Origin: Bacteroidota bacterium
GTDB taxonomy: Bacteria > Bacteroidota > Bacteroidia > Palsa-965
Length of the DNA: 52,145 bases
Direction: 5' to 3'
Assembly (NCBI GenBank): GCA_003153435.1
Contig: PLYR01000066.1
Span: 16,168 to 68,312 of the forward strand
The notes beneath the pieces are model-generated. The model made no database searches. It worked only from the letters and a program-made list of their open reading frames with translations, and was not told where the DNA came from. Position 1 is the stretch's first letter. Each line of letters opens with the position of its first letter. The translations under genes were made by a program, and so were the position numbers. Of the stretch, positions 18,647 through 31,047 are shown one piece after another.

Positions 18647-20269
18647 ATGAAATTTATTTCCGAAAAAAAGTGGGATTTTTTCTTTCTCCTTTTACTGATT
18701 TTCGTTTCCTGGGGTTTCGGCTATCATAAGATCTTGCATTTTCGTCCATCCTCCATTCACCAATGGAGGCAAGCAGATTGTTTATCTTTTGCTATCAATT
18801 ATTACCAGGAAGGGATGCATTTTTTCAAACCGGCCGTTCACTGGATCGGAAACCAGGGGGATGGGAGAACAGTGAGTGAGTTCCCTATTATCTATTATAC
18901 AGTAGCCTTTCTCTGGAAGATATTTGGGTATCATGAATCTATCTTTCGCATGGTGGATCTCCTGATCGTTTTCTCAGGTTTGTTCTCCCTTTACAAACTC
19001 TGCTCCGGCCTTCTTGAGGATAAAGCCTGGGCTTTGATGATTCCCCTCTACCTCTTTTCTTCTCCGATATTTGCCTATTATGGATTCAACTTTCTGGCTG
19101 ATGTTCCGGCCCTTTGTCTGGCCTTGAATGGATGGTATTTCTTCTTTCGTTTCTACCAGACTGAAAAGAACCGTTATCTCAGCATTTCTATGGGATTCTT
19201 TCTGATCGGTGGATTGATCAAGATCACCTCTTTGCTTTCATTTGTCCCACTTATCCTGGTCTTCCTGATTGAAGCCTTGAATTTATTTCCTTTCAAGAAC
19301 GGACGAAAAATATTCAATAATACGAAGCGTTATCTTATTCAGTTCATTCTGGTAATAGCAGCAATAGTGAGTTGGTATGCCTACGCGATCCACTACAATA
19401 AAATTAATAATGCAGGTTTATTCAGTACCTCCATTCTTCCAATCTGGAAAATAACGGCAGCTCAAAGGGAGGTGGTCCTGTTTCGTTTATACAATGAGTT
19501 ACTTCCTCAGTTCTTCAATAAAGCCGGTTTTATGTTCCTGACTGCGCTCCTGCTCGGGATCTTGATTTCCTGGAAGAAGATTAATGCCTTTCTTTTCCTA
19601 ATTACGGCTTCTGTTTTTGTTGGGGTAATTACCTATCTCATCCTTTGGTATCAGGTGTTTACCGTGCATGATTATTACCTTTCAAATCTGCTTATCATTA
19701 TTCCTCTGGTCATGATTACTTTTTTTTCTTTACTGAAAGAGGAATACCCTGCTATTTTCAAGTCTGTCCATGTGAAAGTTGTATTTGGAGTGGTGCTGTC
19801 TATCAGCTTGTACAGTTGTGCAATGCAGATGCGGGTTAAATATAATATTCTGGACCGGTTCGAACTTCCGAAGCATACTTTCATGCTTGAAAAATCGGAG
19901 AAGGAGCTTTGGGATTGGTATCACTGGGATTACAACAATCATTTCAAAGCACTCGAAACAATTACTCCGTACAATCGTTCACTCGGAATAAAAAGGGAGG
20001 ATAAAGTTATCAGTATTCCAGATCAAAGTATAAATATTTCACTTGTGCTGATGGATCAGAAAGGTTTTTCTGAATTCGGTTACGGAGAACTTGTTGGTGA
20101 GACCAGGATACGTACCTTCATCGGCATGGGTGCCAAATATCTGATCATTAATGATGAAGCCTTATTAAAGGCTCCCGACATACAACCCTTTCTTGTTAAT
20201 AAACTTGGACAGTATAAGAATGTTTCTGTCTATGATTTGAAAGGGATAGAAGGGATTGTTCCGAAATGA
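18647..20269 (+). CDS. GT-C fold membrane glycosyltransferase (ArnT/PMT-like)
   Basis: HQWRQAD, EFP, polytopic TM topology, HDYY, C-terminal periplasmic domain. Confidence 0.75.
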   Translation: MKFISEKKWDFFFLLLLIFVSWGFGYHKILHFRPSSIHQWRQADCLSFAINYYQEGMHFFKPAVHWIGNQGDGRTVSEFPIIYYTVAFLWKIFGYHESIFRMVDLLIVFSGLFSLYKLCSGLLEDKAWALMIPLYLFSSPIFAYYGFNFLADVPALCLALNGWYFFFRFYQTEKNRYLSISMGFFLIGGLIKITSLLSFVPLILVFLIEALNLFPFKNGRKIFNNTKRYLIQFILVIAAIVSWYAYAIHYNKINNAGLFSTSILPIWKITAAQREVVLFRLYNELLPQFFNKAGFMFLTALLLGILISWKKINAFLFLITASVFVGVITYLILWYQVFTVHDYYLSNLLIIIPLVMITFFSLLKEEYPAIFKSVHVKVVFGVVLSISLYSCAMQMRVKYNILDRFELPKHTFMLEKSEKELWDWYHWDYNNHFKALETITPYNRSLGIKREDKVISIPDQSINISLVLMDQKGFSEFGYGELVGETRIRTFIGMGAKYLIINDEALLKAPDIQPFLVNKLGQYKNVSVYDLKGIEGIVPK

Positions 20270-20283
20270 TATTTGTGAAAAGA

Positions 20284-20946
20284 CTACTTCAGTTTCGATT
20301 GAAATACTTTTTTGAATTTATCTACTTTGGGAGCAATCACAAATTGGCAATAGGGCTCTGACCCGTTTTCCTTGAAATAGTCCTGATGGTAGTTCTCCGC
20401 TTTGTAGAATATAGTGTAAGGAACAATTTCAGTGACGATCGGTCCGCTGAAAGCTCCTGAATTATTTAGTTTCTTCTTGTATCCTTCCGCTAGTTTTTTC
20501 TGTTCATCATTGTGAAAAAAGATAACGGAACGATATTGAGTTCCTACATCGTTGCCCTGACGATTCAATGTCGTAGGATCGTGCGCGCTCCAGAAGGCCT
20601 CCAAGAGTTGGTCATAGGTGATGATCCCTTTATCGAAATAGATCTGCGTAACTTCGGCATGTCCGGTTGTGCCCGTGCATACTTCATGATATGTGGGATT
20701 CTTTACGGAACCTCCGGCAAAACCCGATTCAACCTTGGTCACTCCTTTCAATAGCTGAAACTGAGCTTCCATGCACCAGAAACACCCTCCTCCAAAGGTT
20801 GCGGTATCCGGACCAGATAAAGTTGTTACTTGTTTGTTTTCATCTGCTTTGGGAAGATTCATAGGCGCGTTTTTAGGTTGTTGGGCACAGGAAGTGAAGG
20901 CTATGCCCCAAAGAAGTAAACTGCATAATTGGGTGAGCTTTTTCAT
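20284..20946 (-). CDS. msrA: Peptide methionine sulfoxide reductase A (predicted lipoprotein)
   Basis: GGGCFWC, TGHAE, HDPT, AENYHQDY, PYC; lipobox FTSC. Confidence 0.95.
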   Translation of the reverse strand: MKKLTQLCSLLLWGIAFTSCAQQPKNAPMNLPKADENKQVTTLSGPDTATFGGGCFWCMEAQFQLLKGVTKVESGFAGGSVKNPTYHEVCTGTTGHAEVTQIYFDKGIITYDQLLEAFWSAHDPTTLNRQGNDVGTQYRSVIFFHNDEQKKLAEGYKKKLNNSGAFSGPIVTEIVPYTIFYKAENYHQDYFKENGSEPYCQFVIAPKVDKFKKVFQSKLK

Positions 20947-21066
20947 GATTCGCAATTATTGATTAGTATGCTCTGTCAAAATCTTCTCAAATGTCGCTAT
21001 TTGATACGCGAATATAAGAAACAGGTTTCCTTAATCTTCTTAAACAATGTTAAATCGCTAATAAGC

Positions 21067-21942
21067 TCATGAAAAGGCGATGAGGGCAATGGAAATAATC
21101 GAAAGCACAATCCCTCCTATGTTTAGAGGAGAAAGTTTTTCCTTTAGAAGAAAATATCCCCCTGTTGCACTCAGGATGACTATTCCCATATTATTTATTG
21201 GATAAAGCACCGAACTTTCATAGATATGCGTATTGAGCGCCTTGATCATGAAATAAATGGAAAAGTAATTAGGAATACCCAATGCAATCCCACCAACGAT
21301 ATTCCGGATCGTCACTATCTCTCGTTTAATATAAATTTCTGACATAACCCAAACAAGGCCTATTGTTCCTGCAACAGCAAAAAAAGAGGCCACAAAAAGG
21401 CTGCTTTCTTCCTTTGGTACCAGCTTTTCCTGAGCATAATTGACAAATGCATCTGCAATTCCGCTCCCAAGAAATACAATGAGCGGGAGGATCAGTAAGA
21501 ACGGGTTGGAGGTTTTAGGATGGTCTGTATCTATTCTTTTTTTGGAAGTCATATAAACTGCCACCAGTGCCGTTAAGATGCCAATGGCTTTCAACACTCC
21601 GAAACTGTTATGATAGGCAAGTATGGCGATGGTTACAGGTATGATGACTGACATTTTATTTGCCACTGTAGCCACTGAGACTCCTACTTCCTGAGCGGTT
21701 TTGGCTATGAGAATAAAAACAACTATAAACATACCCCCAAGCAACACTGCTACCGGAGCCCAGGGGGTAAAGGGAACGGAAGTCAATGGTAAGGAAGTAT
21801 GATTGTTCATTAAGCCCAAGGCGCAGGCGCAAAGGTAATTGGTGACAATGGCTTGAAGATTATTGATTCGGAATTTCTCGAAATATTTGAGAATTATAAA
21901 GAGAAGGGCATTGCAGAATATACTAAGGAGGAGATAAATCAT
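21067..21942 (-). CDS. EamA/DMT family transporter
   Basis: About 10 TM; NKMSVIIP, GIPNYFS and KEKLS motifs. Confidence 0.85.
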   Translation of the reverse strand: MIYLLLSIFCNALLFIILKYFEKFRINNLQAIVTNYLCACALGLMNNHTSLPLTSVPFTPWAPVAVLLGGMFIVVFILIAKTAQEVGVSVATVANKMSVIIPVTIAILAYHNSFGVLKAIGILTALVAVYMTSKKRIDTDHPKTSNPFLLILPLIVFLGSGIADAFVNYAQEKLVPKEESSLFVASFFAVAGTIGLVWVMSEIYIKREIVTIRNIVGGIALGIPNYFSIYFMIKALNTHIYESSVLYPINNMGIVILSATGGYFLLKEKLSPLNIGGIVLSIISIALIAFS

Positions 21943-21945
21943 AAA

Positions 21946-23016
21946 TTATTTTTGGGATGCAAAAGGATCTTCTTCATTCCGGTAAATCAGGAGCTCATCC
22001 TTTCCGCTTCTTTCTACGGAGTGTGAATAGCCCGGTTTTTCAGGTGCCTTGACACCTGAGCCAATTGTCTCCGGGGAGATGAAGATTCTTGCCTCATCCC
22101 ACAATCCCTGACTTAGAAAGGTATTTAATGTTTCGTATCCTCCCTCTATAAGGACGGAAAGGATCTGACGTTTATAGAGATTTTCCAGTATATCTTCTAG
22201 AACTTGTTCAGGCCTCTGAAAGGCAATCTGAAGATATTCAAGATTTGTTGTTCCTTCCAGCCTCTGACTCGTGAAGACAAGGGTAGGGGTAGAGCCATCT
22301 TTCAGATGAAAAGTCTGTGGGATCCTATTTTTCCTGTCTATCGCAATACGCAATGGATTTTTACCTTTAATGGCCCTCACATCAAGCCTTGGGTTATCAA
22401 GCAGGGCTGTATTGGTGCCTACCAGAATAGCCTGCTCTTCAGCCCTCCATCTGTGAACCAGCTTTTGGGATTCGAATGAGCTAACCGGGTAGGGATGGTC
22501 GTTGCCGGGTGAGCGGAATTTGTCTAGGAACCCATCTGCCGTTTCGGCCCATTTAAGGATCACAAAGGGCCTTTTTTCCTCATGAAATTTAAAGAATCGA
22601 CGGTTCAGATATCTTGATTCTTTTTCGAGGACTCCGATTTTAACGTTAATACCCGCACGGATCATTTTCTCAATGCCTCTTCCCTGAACCTTGGAAAAGG
22701 TATCGATGCAACCGATGACTACAAAAGGAATATTCATAGCAATAATCAGTTCAGCACAAGGCGGTGTTTTTCCGTGGTGGGCACAGGGCTCCAGGTTTAC
22801 ATATAAGGTGGCACTTTTCAGGAGCTCTTTATTCTTTACGCCGTTAATTGCGTTTACTTCGGCATGTGGGCTCCCGAACCTTTCGTGCCATCCTTCACCA
22901 ATAATAATTCCTTCGTGAACAATTACAGAGCCCACCATAGGGTTCGGGGCAACCATACCCATACCCTTGATGGCAAGATCGAGGCAACGCTGCATATAAG
23001 CTTGTTGATAGCTCAT
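21946..23016 (-). CDS. ribD: Riboflavin deaminase/reductase RibD
   Basis: PNPMVG, HAEV, LEPCAHHGKTPPC, IEGG. Confidence 0.96.
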   Translation of the reverse strand: MSYQQAYMQRCLDLAIKGMGMVAPNPMVGSVIVHEGIIIGEGWHERFGSPHAEVNAINGVKNKELLKSATLYVNLEPCAHHGKTPPCAELIIAMNIPFVVIGCIDTFSKVQGRGIEKMIRAGINVKIGVLEKESRYLNRRFFKFHEEKRPFVILKWAETADGFLDKFRSPGNDHPYPVSSFESQKLVHRWRAEEQAILVGTNTALLDNPRLDVRAIKGKNPLRIAIDRKNRIPQTFHLKDGSTPTLVFTSQRLEGTTNLEYLQIAFQRPEQVLEDILENLYKRQILSVLIEGGYETLNTFLSQGLWDEARIFISPETIGSGVKAPEKPGYSHSVERSGKDELLIYRNEEDPFASQK

Positions 23017-23098
23017 TCCGCTAAATTAATCCTTTCCGGCTAAAAGGACATAAGGCAGGTTTAGTCAATTCAATAATATTCCCCAGATTTGTATTAGA

Positions 23099-23968
23099 AT
23101 GAAAATACCCAGTAATAAGATCAAGTCGGTTGTCCACTACTTTTATACCGAACTTGAAGGATTGTATGGAAGGGAAGAAACGGAAACAATGCTTTATTAT
23201 TGCCTCGTCTCTTACTTAGACTTTAAGAGACGGACTGATATCTTGCTTCGGGAAGAAGAAACCATAAGCGAGTCAGACCTGCTTAAATTCAGTTTCGCCG
23301 TAAAAGAACTCAAAAAACATCGCCCTTTACAATACATTCTAGGTGAAGCCCTTTTTTACAAACTTACATTCCTGGTTAATGAATATGTTCTCATTCCAAG
23401 GCCGGAAACTGAAGAACTGGTAGATCTTATTGTGAAGGAAAATGTAGGCAAGGCGCTTCAAGGGTTAGATGTCGGAACAGGCAGTGGCTGTATAGCTATT
23501 GCCCTAAAAAAAAACCTCCCATTCTCTTCGATTACGGGCATTGATATTTCTGAGGAAGCTATTGCAATTGCCAGGCAGAATGCAATACGAAACAATGTAT
23601 CAGTACTTTTTACGAAGATGAATATATTAGACCCAACTGGCTGGCAAGGGGAGGGGGATTTTGATATTATTGTTTCCAATCCACCATACATCATGCTTTC
23701 AGAGAAAGATGCCATGGAGGCGAATGTAAAAGATTATGAACCATATTTGGCTCTTTTCGTTCCGGATGATGACCCTCTTCTGTATTATCGACATGTTGTG
23801 GAGTTCGCTTTCCTGCATCTGAATACCGGAGGGAAGATTTACTTTGAAGTGAACAGGGAGAAAGGAAAAGAGGTAGGCAGACTTTTAGCTTCCGACGGTT
23901 ATAGAGAAATACGGATACTGAAAGATATTCAGGGTATGGATCGAATCGTAACCGGCATTAAAAGCTAA
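23099..23968 (+). CDS. prmC: Release factor glutamine methyltransferase
   Basis: PLQYILG, VLIPRPETEELV, DVGTGSG, SNPPY. Confidence 0.95.
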   Translation: MKIPSNKIKSVVHYFYTELEGLYGREETETMLYYCLVSYLDFKRRTDILLREEETISESDLLKFSFAVKELKKHRPLQYILGEALFYKLTFLVNEYVLIPRPETEELVDLIVKENVGKALQGLDVGTGSGCIAIALKKNLPFSSITGIDISEEAIAIARQNAIRNNVSVLFTKMNILDPTGWQGEGDFDIIVSNPPYIMLSEKDAMEANVKDYEPYLALFVPDDDPLLYYRHVVEFAFLHLNTGGKIYFEVNREKGKEVGRLLASDGYREIRILKDIQGMDRIVTGIKS

Positions 23969-24018
23969 TATGCAATACTAACATGTAAGATGTTAGTTCG
24001 AATAGGTTATTGGGTTTA

Positions 24019-24471
24019 TTATTTACAATCAACGATTCTGATCCGCTCCTCTTCTTTAACCACATTCCATCCGACTCTGTCGGTTTCAATGATTACGAAA
24101 GGAGTGACCAGTAATTTAGCGTTGTGACAGTTTTTTTCAAAAGAAATGCGTGTGAGAACTATGCAAAGCTTACCTTTCTCATTCCTGAGACTATCAACTT
24201 CTAGTCCATTTGTTTGTGACCCAGCGTAGCAGGCAATAACGACTTTTGCTTTAAAATTAACACTAGGCGGTATATCAGGGAGAGAATAGTCTGATTTCCT
24301 AAGCTCGAGCCACCCCTTTAGAAATTGTTTTTTATTTGAAAATAGAGTGGTTTTACGCTCCATCACCCCGCTGTTTTTGCCAGAAAAAAGAAGTTTCCAT
24401 TCCGGATTTTTATCAGTTAATACAAACCCACAAAAGAGGAAGACTGCAGGGAGCAGAAGAAGTTTGCGCAT
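24019..24471 (-). CDS. Secreted hypothetical protein, PrcB C-terminal-like
   Basis: Signal peptide; P.VNF..KVVIA...G..T.G and TPFVII pattern. Confidence 0.55.
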   Translation of the reverse strand: MRKLLLLPAVFLFCGFVLTDKNPEWKLLFSGKNSGVMERKTTLFSNKKQFLKGWLELRKSDYSLPDIPPSVNFKAKVVIACYAGSQTNGLEVDSLRNEKGKLCIVLTRISFEKNCHNAKLLVTPFVIIETDRVGWNVVKEEERIRIVDCK

Positions 24472-24500
24472 GGTTAAAGATAAGCATGTTTCGGATTTGA

Positions 24501-26528
<2,028 letters not shown>

Positions 26529-26566
26529 TAGGCTAAAAGTAAACCCAGACCCTTAAATTAACTCAT

Positions 26567-27118
26567 TTGGCCCTGATCGATAAAATAAGACAGACTATTG
26601 GCAGGTATTTTCTGAATCAGGAGATGACAACCTTGAAACGGCAGCGAGGCATCGTTAATCTGAACGATGCAAAAACCATAGGCATTCTTTTCGAAGCAAC
26701 AGATAAGGAAGAATTTGAGCTCGTCAAGAAATATGTGCTTTACCTCAAGGAACTGAAAAAGAAGGTTAAGGCAGTCGGCTATTTTAGTACCGGTGATACA
26801 CCCGATTTTACGTACTCCAAGCTAGAGTACGATTTCTTCTCCAAAAAAGATCTGAACTGGTATTCCAAACCCAGCGATAAATTTGTTAGTAATTTTATAG
26901 AAGAAGAATTCGATATCCTAATGGATCTTAATGTTCATGAACACTTCCCGATCCGATATATAGCAGGAACTTCAAAGGCCAGGTTTAAGGTAGGTCGGCA
27001 AAAAGAAGGAGATGATGCAATCTATGACCTGATGATTGAAGGCACAGAAGGGAAGGGCCTCAAATATTTTCTTCGACAGGTGGATACTTATCTTCTAATG
27101 TTCAAAGGCCGGGTTTGA
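26567..27118 (+). CDS. Conserved Bacteroidota hypothetical protein upstream of dapA (DUF6913-like)
   Basis: KKDLNW, FDILMDL, SKARFKVG, YDLMI. Confidence 0.7.
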   Translation: MALIDKIRQTIGRYFLNQEMTTLKRQRGIVNLNDAKTIGILFEATDKEEFELVKKYVLYLKELKKKVKAVGYFSTGDTPDFTYSKLEYDFFSKKDLNWYSKPSDKFVSNFIEEEFDILMDLNVHEHFPIRYIAGTSKARFKVGRQKEGDDAIYDLMIEGTEGKGLKYFLRQVDTYLLMFKGRV

Positions 27119-27139
27119 TTATTTTATAAAATTCTAAAG

Positions 27140-28030
27140 ATGTCTATTCAAAAAAAACTTACAGGAACCGGAGTTGCTATCATCACTCCTTTCAAGACCG
27201 ATGGATCAGTAGATTTTAAATCACTCACCAAGATTGTGAACCATCTGATAAAAGGGAAAGTGGAATATCTGGTTGTGCTGGGAACCACTGGAGAGTCGGT
27301 TACGCTTGACAAAAAGGAAAAAGTAGCGGTCATAGCTCATGTGCTCGAAGTGAACGCCGGAAGAGTGCCATTGGTGGTCGGAATCGGTGGAAACGATACA
27401 AGGGAAGTAGCGGGTAGCATGGAAAAGATGAACTTGAAAGGATATGATGCGATACTTTCTGCCTCTCCAGCATACAACAAACCAAGTCAACAGGGAATTA
27501 TAGCACATTACAAGGTTTTGGCCAAAGCTTCACCATTGCCATTGCTGCTCTATAATGTGCCAGGGAGAACCTCCAGCAACCTTGTTGCAGATACAACCCT
27601 ACAGCTTGCTGAGGTGAAAAACATTATTGGAATCAAAGAAGCTTCCGGAAATCTGGAGCAGGTAATGAAACTCCTAAAGTACAGACCTAATAATTTTATG
27701 GTCATCTCTGGTGATGATAATCTGAGCCTTCCTATCTTGGGTTGCGGAGGTGATGGTGTGATATCTGTTGTAGCCAATGCATTTCCTCTTAACTTTTCAG
27801 AGATGACACGTCAGGCCCTTAAATACAATATGAAAGAAGCGCAGCGCCTGCACTATAAATTGATCGATATTACGGATCAATTATTTGCAGATGGAAATCC
27901 AGGAGGTGTAAAAGTGGTGATGCAACTGCTGAAACTCTGTACCGACACTGTCAGACTTCCTCTGGTTCCGGTCAACGACACAGTCAGGAAAAAACTGGAA
28001 ACACTATTCAAGGCATATAAGCCTGGATAG
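27140..28030 (+). CDS. dapA: 4-hydroxy-tetrahydrodipicolinate synthase
   Basis: GTTGE, YNVPGRT, GIKEASG, SGDD. Confidence 0.96.
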   Translation: MSIQKKLTGTGVAIITPFKTDGSVDFKSLTKIVNHLIKGKVEYLVVLGTTGESVTLDKKEKVAVIAHVLEVNAGRVPLVVGIGGNDTREVAGSMEKMNLKGYDAILSASPAYNKPSQQGIIAHYKVLAKASPLPLLLYNVPGRTSSNLVADTTLQLAEVKNIIGIKEASGNLEQVMKLLKYRPNNFMVISGDDNLSLPILGCGGDGVISVVANAFPLNFSEMTRQALKYNMKEAQRLHYKLIDITDQLFADGNPGGVKVVMQLLKLCTDTVRLPLVPVNDTVRKKLETLFKAYKPG

Positions 28031-28034
28031 TTCT

Positions 28035-28775
28035 TTACAGGCTCTTCTTAAGCTTTTTCCATAATTTCATGTACATCTCCGAAGCTTCTGCATAGGGATA
28101 TTTGTGGACGATAGGTGCCAAGTACTCTCCCATCCTCTCAATTTCTGAATTGTAAGGAATAGCAATTTTAATGCACTCTGGATAATTTGAGGCAAAAATA
28201 TCCATGCTTTCGTTATGCATGTTTTTTCTCCGTTCATACATTGAGAAAAAAGGGAATAATTTTTTCTTATCAAATCCTTCTTCCTTGAAGAATTCCCGGA
28301 GTTGCTCATATGTACGGATAGACAGAATAGTTGGTATTACAGGCACCAGCATGGCATCTGCATTTTCGAACAGGTTTCGAGATACGGAAGTAATGCTAGG
28401 CGGGCAATCAATGAATACATAATCGTATTGTTTCCTTACCGGACTAAAGAGTTTGCTCAACCACTTATCGCTTTTCTTCATTTCGTAAAGAAAGTGATCG
28501 AGTTTACGATATTTGGAATCAGCAGGAAGGATATCCAACCCTGTGAACTCAGTTTGGCGAATAGCACTTTCAATGGACCTACCTCCAAAAAGTATTTTAT
28601 TGGCATCTCCATCCATGGAAGGCTTGGTTTTGAAATAGAATGAACTCGCGCCCTGAGGGTCAATATCCAGCAATAAAACCTTGTTCCCATCAATGGTAGC
28701 AGCGTAGGATAAATTCACAGCAGTCGCAGTTTTTCCGACTCCGCCCTTTATATTATAAACTGCAATAACCTTCAT
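28035..28775 (-). CDS. ParA/MinD family ATPase (no adjacent parB)
   Basis: KGGVGKT, DIDPQG, IDCPP. Confidence 0.9.
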   Translation of the reverse strand: MKVIAVYNIKGGVGKTATAVNLSYAATIDGNKVLLLDIDPQGASSFYFKTKPSMDGDANKILFGGRSIESAIRQTEFTGLDILPADSKYRKLDHFLYEMKKSDKWLSKLFSPVRKQYDYVFIDCPPSITSVSRNLFENADAMLVPVIPTILSIRTYEQLREFFKEEGFDKKKLFPFFSMYERRKNMHNESMDIFASNYPECIKIAIPYNSEIERMGEYLAPIVHKYPYAEASEMYMKLWKKLKKSL

Positions 28776-28880
28776 GAGGTATATTTTAAAAGTTACTATA
28801 CTGTTCGAAATTTATAAAAGATATTGGAATTTCGGGTACAAACGAGCAGAGAAATCTTTACGTTGTTTGCTGGTGGCTGG

Positions 28881-29597
28881 TTAAAAGGCAAGATAATAAT
28901 CCTTGGTCAGTTCCTTGTATTCTTCGGTATAACTGTGTCTTTCATCTTTTTCAATGACAATGGTCTCCTCCGAAAAGGAACTGGGAGAGAATTCAAATTG
29001 CATCAGATGTCTTTTTTCAGTTTCTTTATCGATGCGTGTCCTGACCCGCAGTAACTTACTCAAATGCAGTCCCTTTTCTTTGGCAAGCTCCCTGAAAATT
29101 GCGGCTTCTTTGACTGGAAGAATAACACAAAACTTTCCTTTTCTATCGAGTAAACAGATTACACTATCAATCAGCTCCACATGTGGAAGCAAATCGGCAT
29201 GCCTGGCGGTGGTCCTTTCTAATCCGCTCGCTTTTGAAGAATCAAGAAAATAAGGAGGGTTGCTAACAATGAGATCGTACCGGGTAGTAGTTTCTTCGCA
29301 ATAACCCTGAAGGGAATGATGCAAAATTCTAACCTGTTCCGACCAAGGACTGAGCCTGACATTTTCTTCAGCCTGGGCACAAGCCAGATCTTCTATATCT
29401 ATTCCATCAATTAGGGCTTCTGTTCGCTGCGCCAGCATAAGAGCAATAACCCCTGTTCCAGTCCCAACGTCCAGGATTCTTTTCGCTCCATTGGTCTTCA
29501 CCCACGCACCGAGCAATACTGCATCGGTACCGACTTTCATAGCGCATTGCTCTTGCCGGATAATAAACTGCTTAAAGGCAAAATGCTGGTTAGCCAT
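28881..29597 (-). CDS. tRNA1(Val) A37 N6-methyltransferase (TrmN6/YfiC-like)
   Basis: F.FKQF, MKVGTDAVLLGAW, DVGTGTG, SNPPYF, LTKDYYL. Confidence 0.9.
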   Translation of the reverse strand: MANQHFAFKQFIIRQEQCAMKVGTDAVLLGAWVKTNGAKRILDVGTGTGVIALMLAQRTEALIDGIDIEDLACAQAEENVRLSPWSEQVRILHHSLQGYCEETTTRYDLIVSNPPYFLDSSKASGLERTTARHADLLPHVELIDSVICLLDRKGKFCVILPVKEAAIFRELAKEKGLHLSKLLRVRTRIDKETEKRHLMQFEFSPSSFSEETIVIEKDERHSYTEEYKELTKDYYLAF

Positions 29598-29690
29598 AAA
29601 GAAGTGTTACGAAAGCATGCTCCACATATAGGTATGTAAGGCTAAGTTAATACAAAATAAGGACAAAGAAAACCGTTTTGAAAGATCTTG

Positions 29691-30245
29691 TTATTCTTCT
29701 TCCTCATCCGGTCCTGGCGTGAGATAAATATCTAGAAGGCCATCGGGAGCCTTAAGTAATATAGTTTTCAGATTTCGGTCTATTTTGAGAAGAATGCCTT
29801 CAACTGCCGGAATAAGTATTTCTTTATCATCTTTCATTATGAGGAAGATTTGCTGCATAGGTAAGTCCATGACTTCTTTAACACGTCCAAGTTCACCAGC
29901 AACTAAATCACTTACCAAATATCCAATCACTTCCTGGGCATAAAAATGTTTCTCATCCGGTTCCGGAAGATCGGATGGTTGCATAAAAACTTCTTTCAGG
30001 ACGAATGCAGAAGCTGAAGCTTTATCTTCAATCCCTTCAAGCTGAACTAACAAGATGTTTTTATTCAGAGAAAAAGAAAATGAACTGACGAAGAATGGTA
30101 CAGGTCCTCCGCCTGGATTGATAAAAAGCACCTCAAACATATAATCCTTGAAAAGCTCAGGCTCATGCAGGGAAATGCTTAGTTGACCCTTTACACCGTG
30201 TACACGAGTTATTTTTCCGGCTTTGTATAAAGGCTCTGACTTCAC
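29691..30245 (-). CDS. rimM: Ribosome maturation factor RimM
   Basis: HGVKG, VPFF, ILIP, PDGLLDIY; follows rpsP. Confidence 0.93.
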   Translation of the reverse strand: MKSEPLYKAGKITRVHGVKGQLSISLHEPELFKDYMFEVLFINPGGGPVPFFVSSFSFSLNKNILLVQLEGIEDKASASAFVLKEVFMQPSDLPEPDEKHFYAQEVIGYLVSDLVAGELGRVKEVMDLPMQQIFLIMKDDKEILIPAVEGILLKIDRNLKTILLKAPDGLLDIYLTPGPDEEEE

Positions 30246-30276
30246 TTCGCAAAACTAAGTATTCTTAGGATACTTA

Positions 30277-30313
30277 AAACGAAAAGACCGGCTTCTGAAT
30301 GAAACCGGTCTTT
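30277..30313 (-). terminator. Intrinsic terminator after rpsP
   Basis: Minus strand AAAGACCGG-tttcattcagaag-CCGGTCTTT followed by TCGTTTT. Confidence 0.7.
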
Positions 30314-30331
30314 AAAACAAAGCTTGTTGTT

Positions 30332-30883
30332 TTAAGCTTCTGTATTTTCTGTTGAAGTTTCAGCAGCAGCTTCTGGAGAACTCTCAGTGGCTGTAGGTGT
30401 AGCTTCCACTTCGGCAGCAGGAGGAGGTGTGTTCTTAATAATGATAGCAGCAGCTTTTGCTTCTTTGGATTTTGCTTCAGCAGCCATACGCTTTTTGTAA
30501 GCCTCTTGCTGTGCTCCACTCAGTCCGTCAATTTTAGCCTGAATCTTTGCATCTTTTTCGCTCAGCCATTTGTTGAATTTTGCATCTGCAACTTCTTGGG
30601 TAACAGCACCTTTAGCAACCCCGATCTGGAGATGATTACGGTACATAACCCCCTTGTATGAGAGAATTGCTCTGCAGGTATCAGTGGGTTGAGCACCATT
30701 ATGGAGCCAGGTCATTGCTTTCTCAAAGTTGAGATCAATGGTTGCTGGATTTGTAGTTGGGTTGTACGTGCCTATTTTCTCGATAAACTTCCCGTCTCTC
30801 GGTGCACGACCGTCCGCAATTACAATGTGAAAGAAAGCCTGAGCCTTTTTTCCATGACGTTGTAATCTGATTTTTACTGGCAT
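30332..30883 (-). CDS. rpsP: 30S ribosomal protein S16 with the Bacteroidota C-terminal extension
   Basis: [35 protein letters not shown]. Confidence 0.98.
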   Translation of the reverse strand: MPVKIRLQRHGKKAQAFFHIVIADGRAPRDGKFIEKIGTYNPTTNPATIDLNFEKAMTWLHNGAQPTDTCRAILSYKGVMYRNHLQIGVAKGAVTQEVADAKFNKWLSEKDAKIQAKIDGLSGAQQEAYKKRMAAEAKSKEAKAAAIIIKNTPPPAAEVEATPTATESSPEAAAETSTENTEA

Positions 30884-30987
30884 CTTGTTGTTTTTTAATT
30901 AGTTATGATATCCTAGCTTTTTTAGGACAGCAAATGTCGGAAAAGATATTCAATCCACAAAGGATATATCACTGTTTTAGAGGATCA

Positions 30988-31020
30988 TTTGTTTTGAATG
31001 ATAAATTAGCATTATCTTTG
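30988..31020 (+). promoter_or_regulatory. Sigma-A promoter of the usp gene
   Basis: TTTG (30988-30991), 21-nt spacer, TATCTTTG (31013-31020). Confidence 0.6.
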
Positions 31021-31047
31021 CGCCCAAATCATCAAAATCATCGATAA

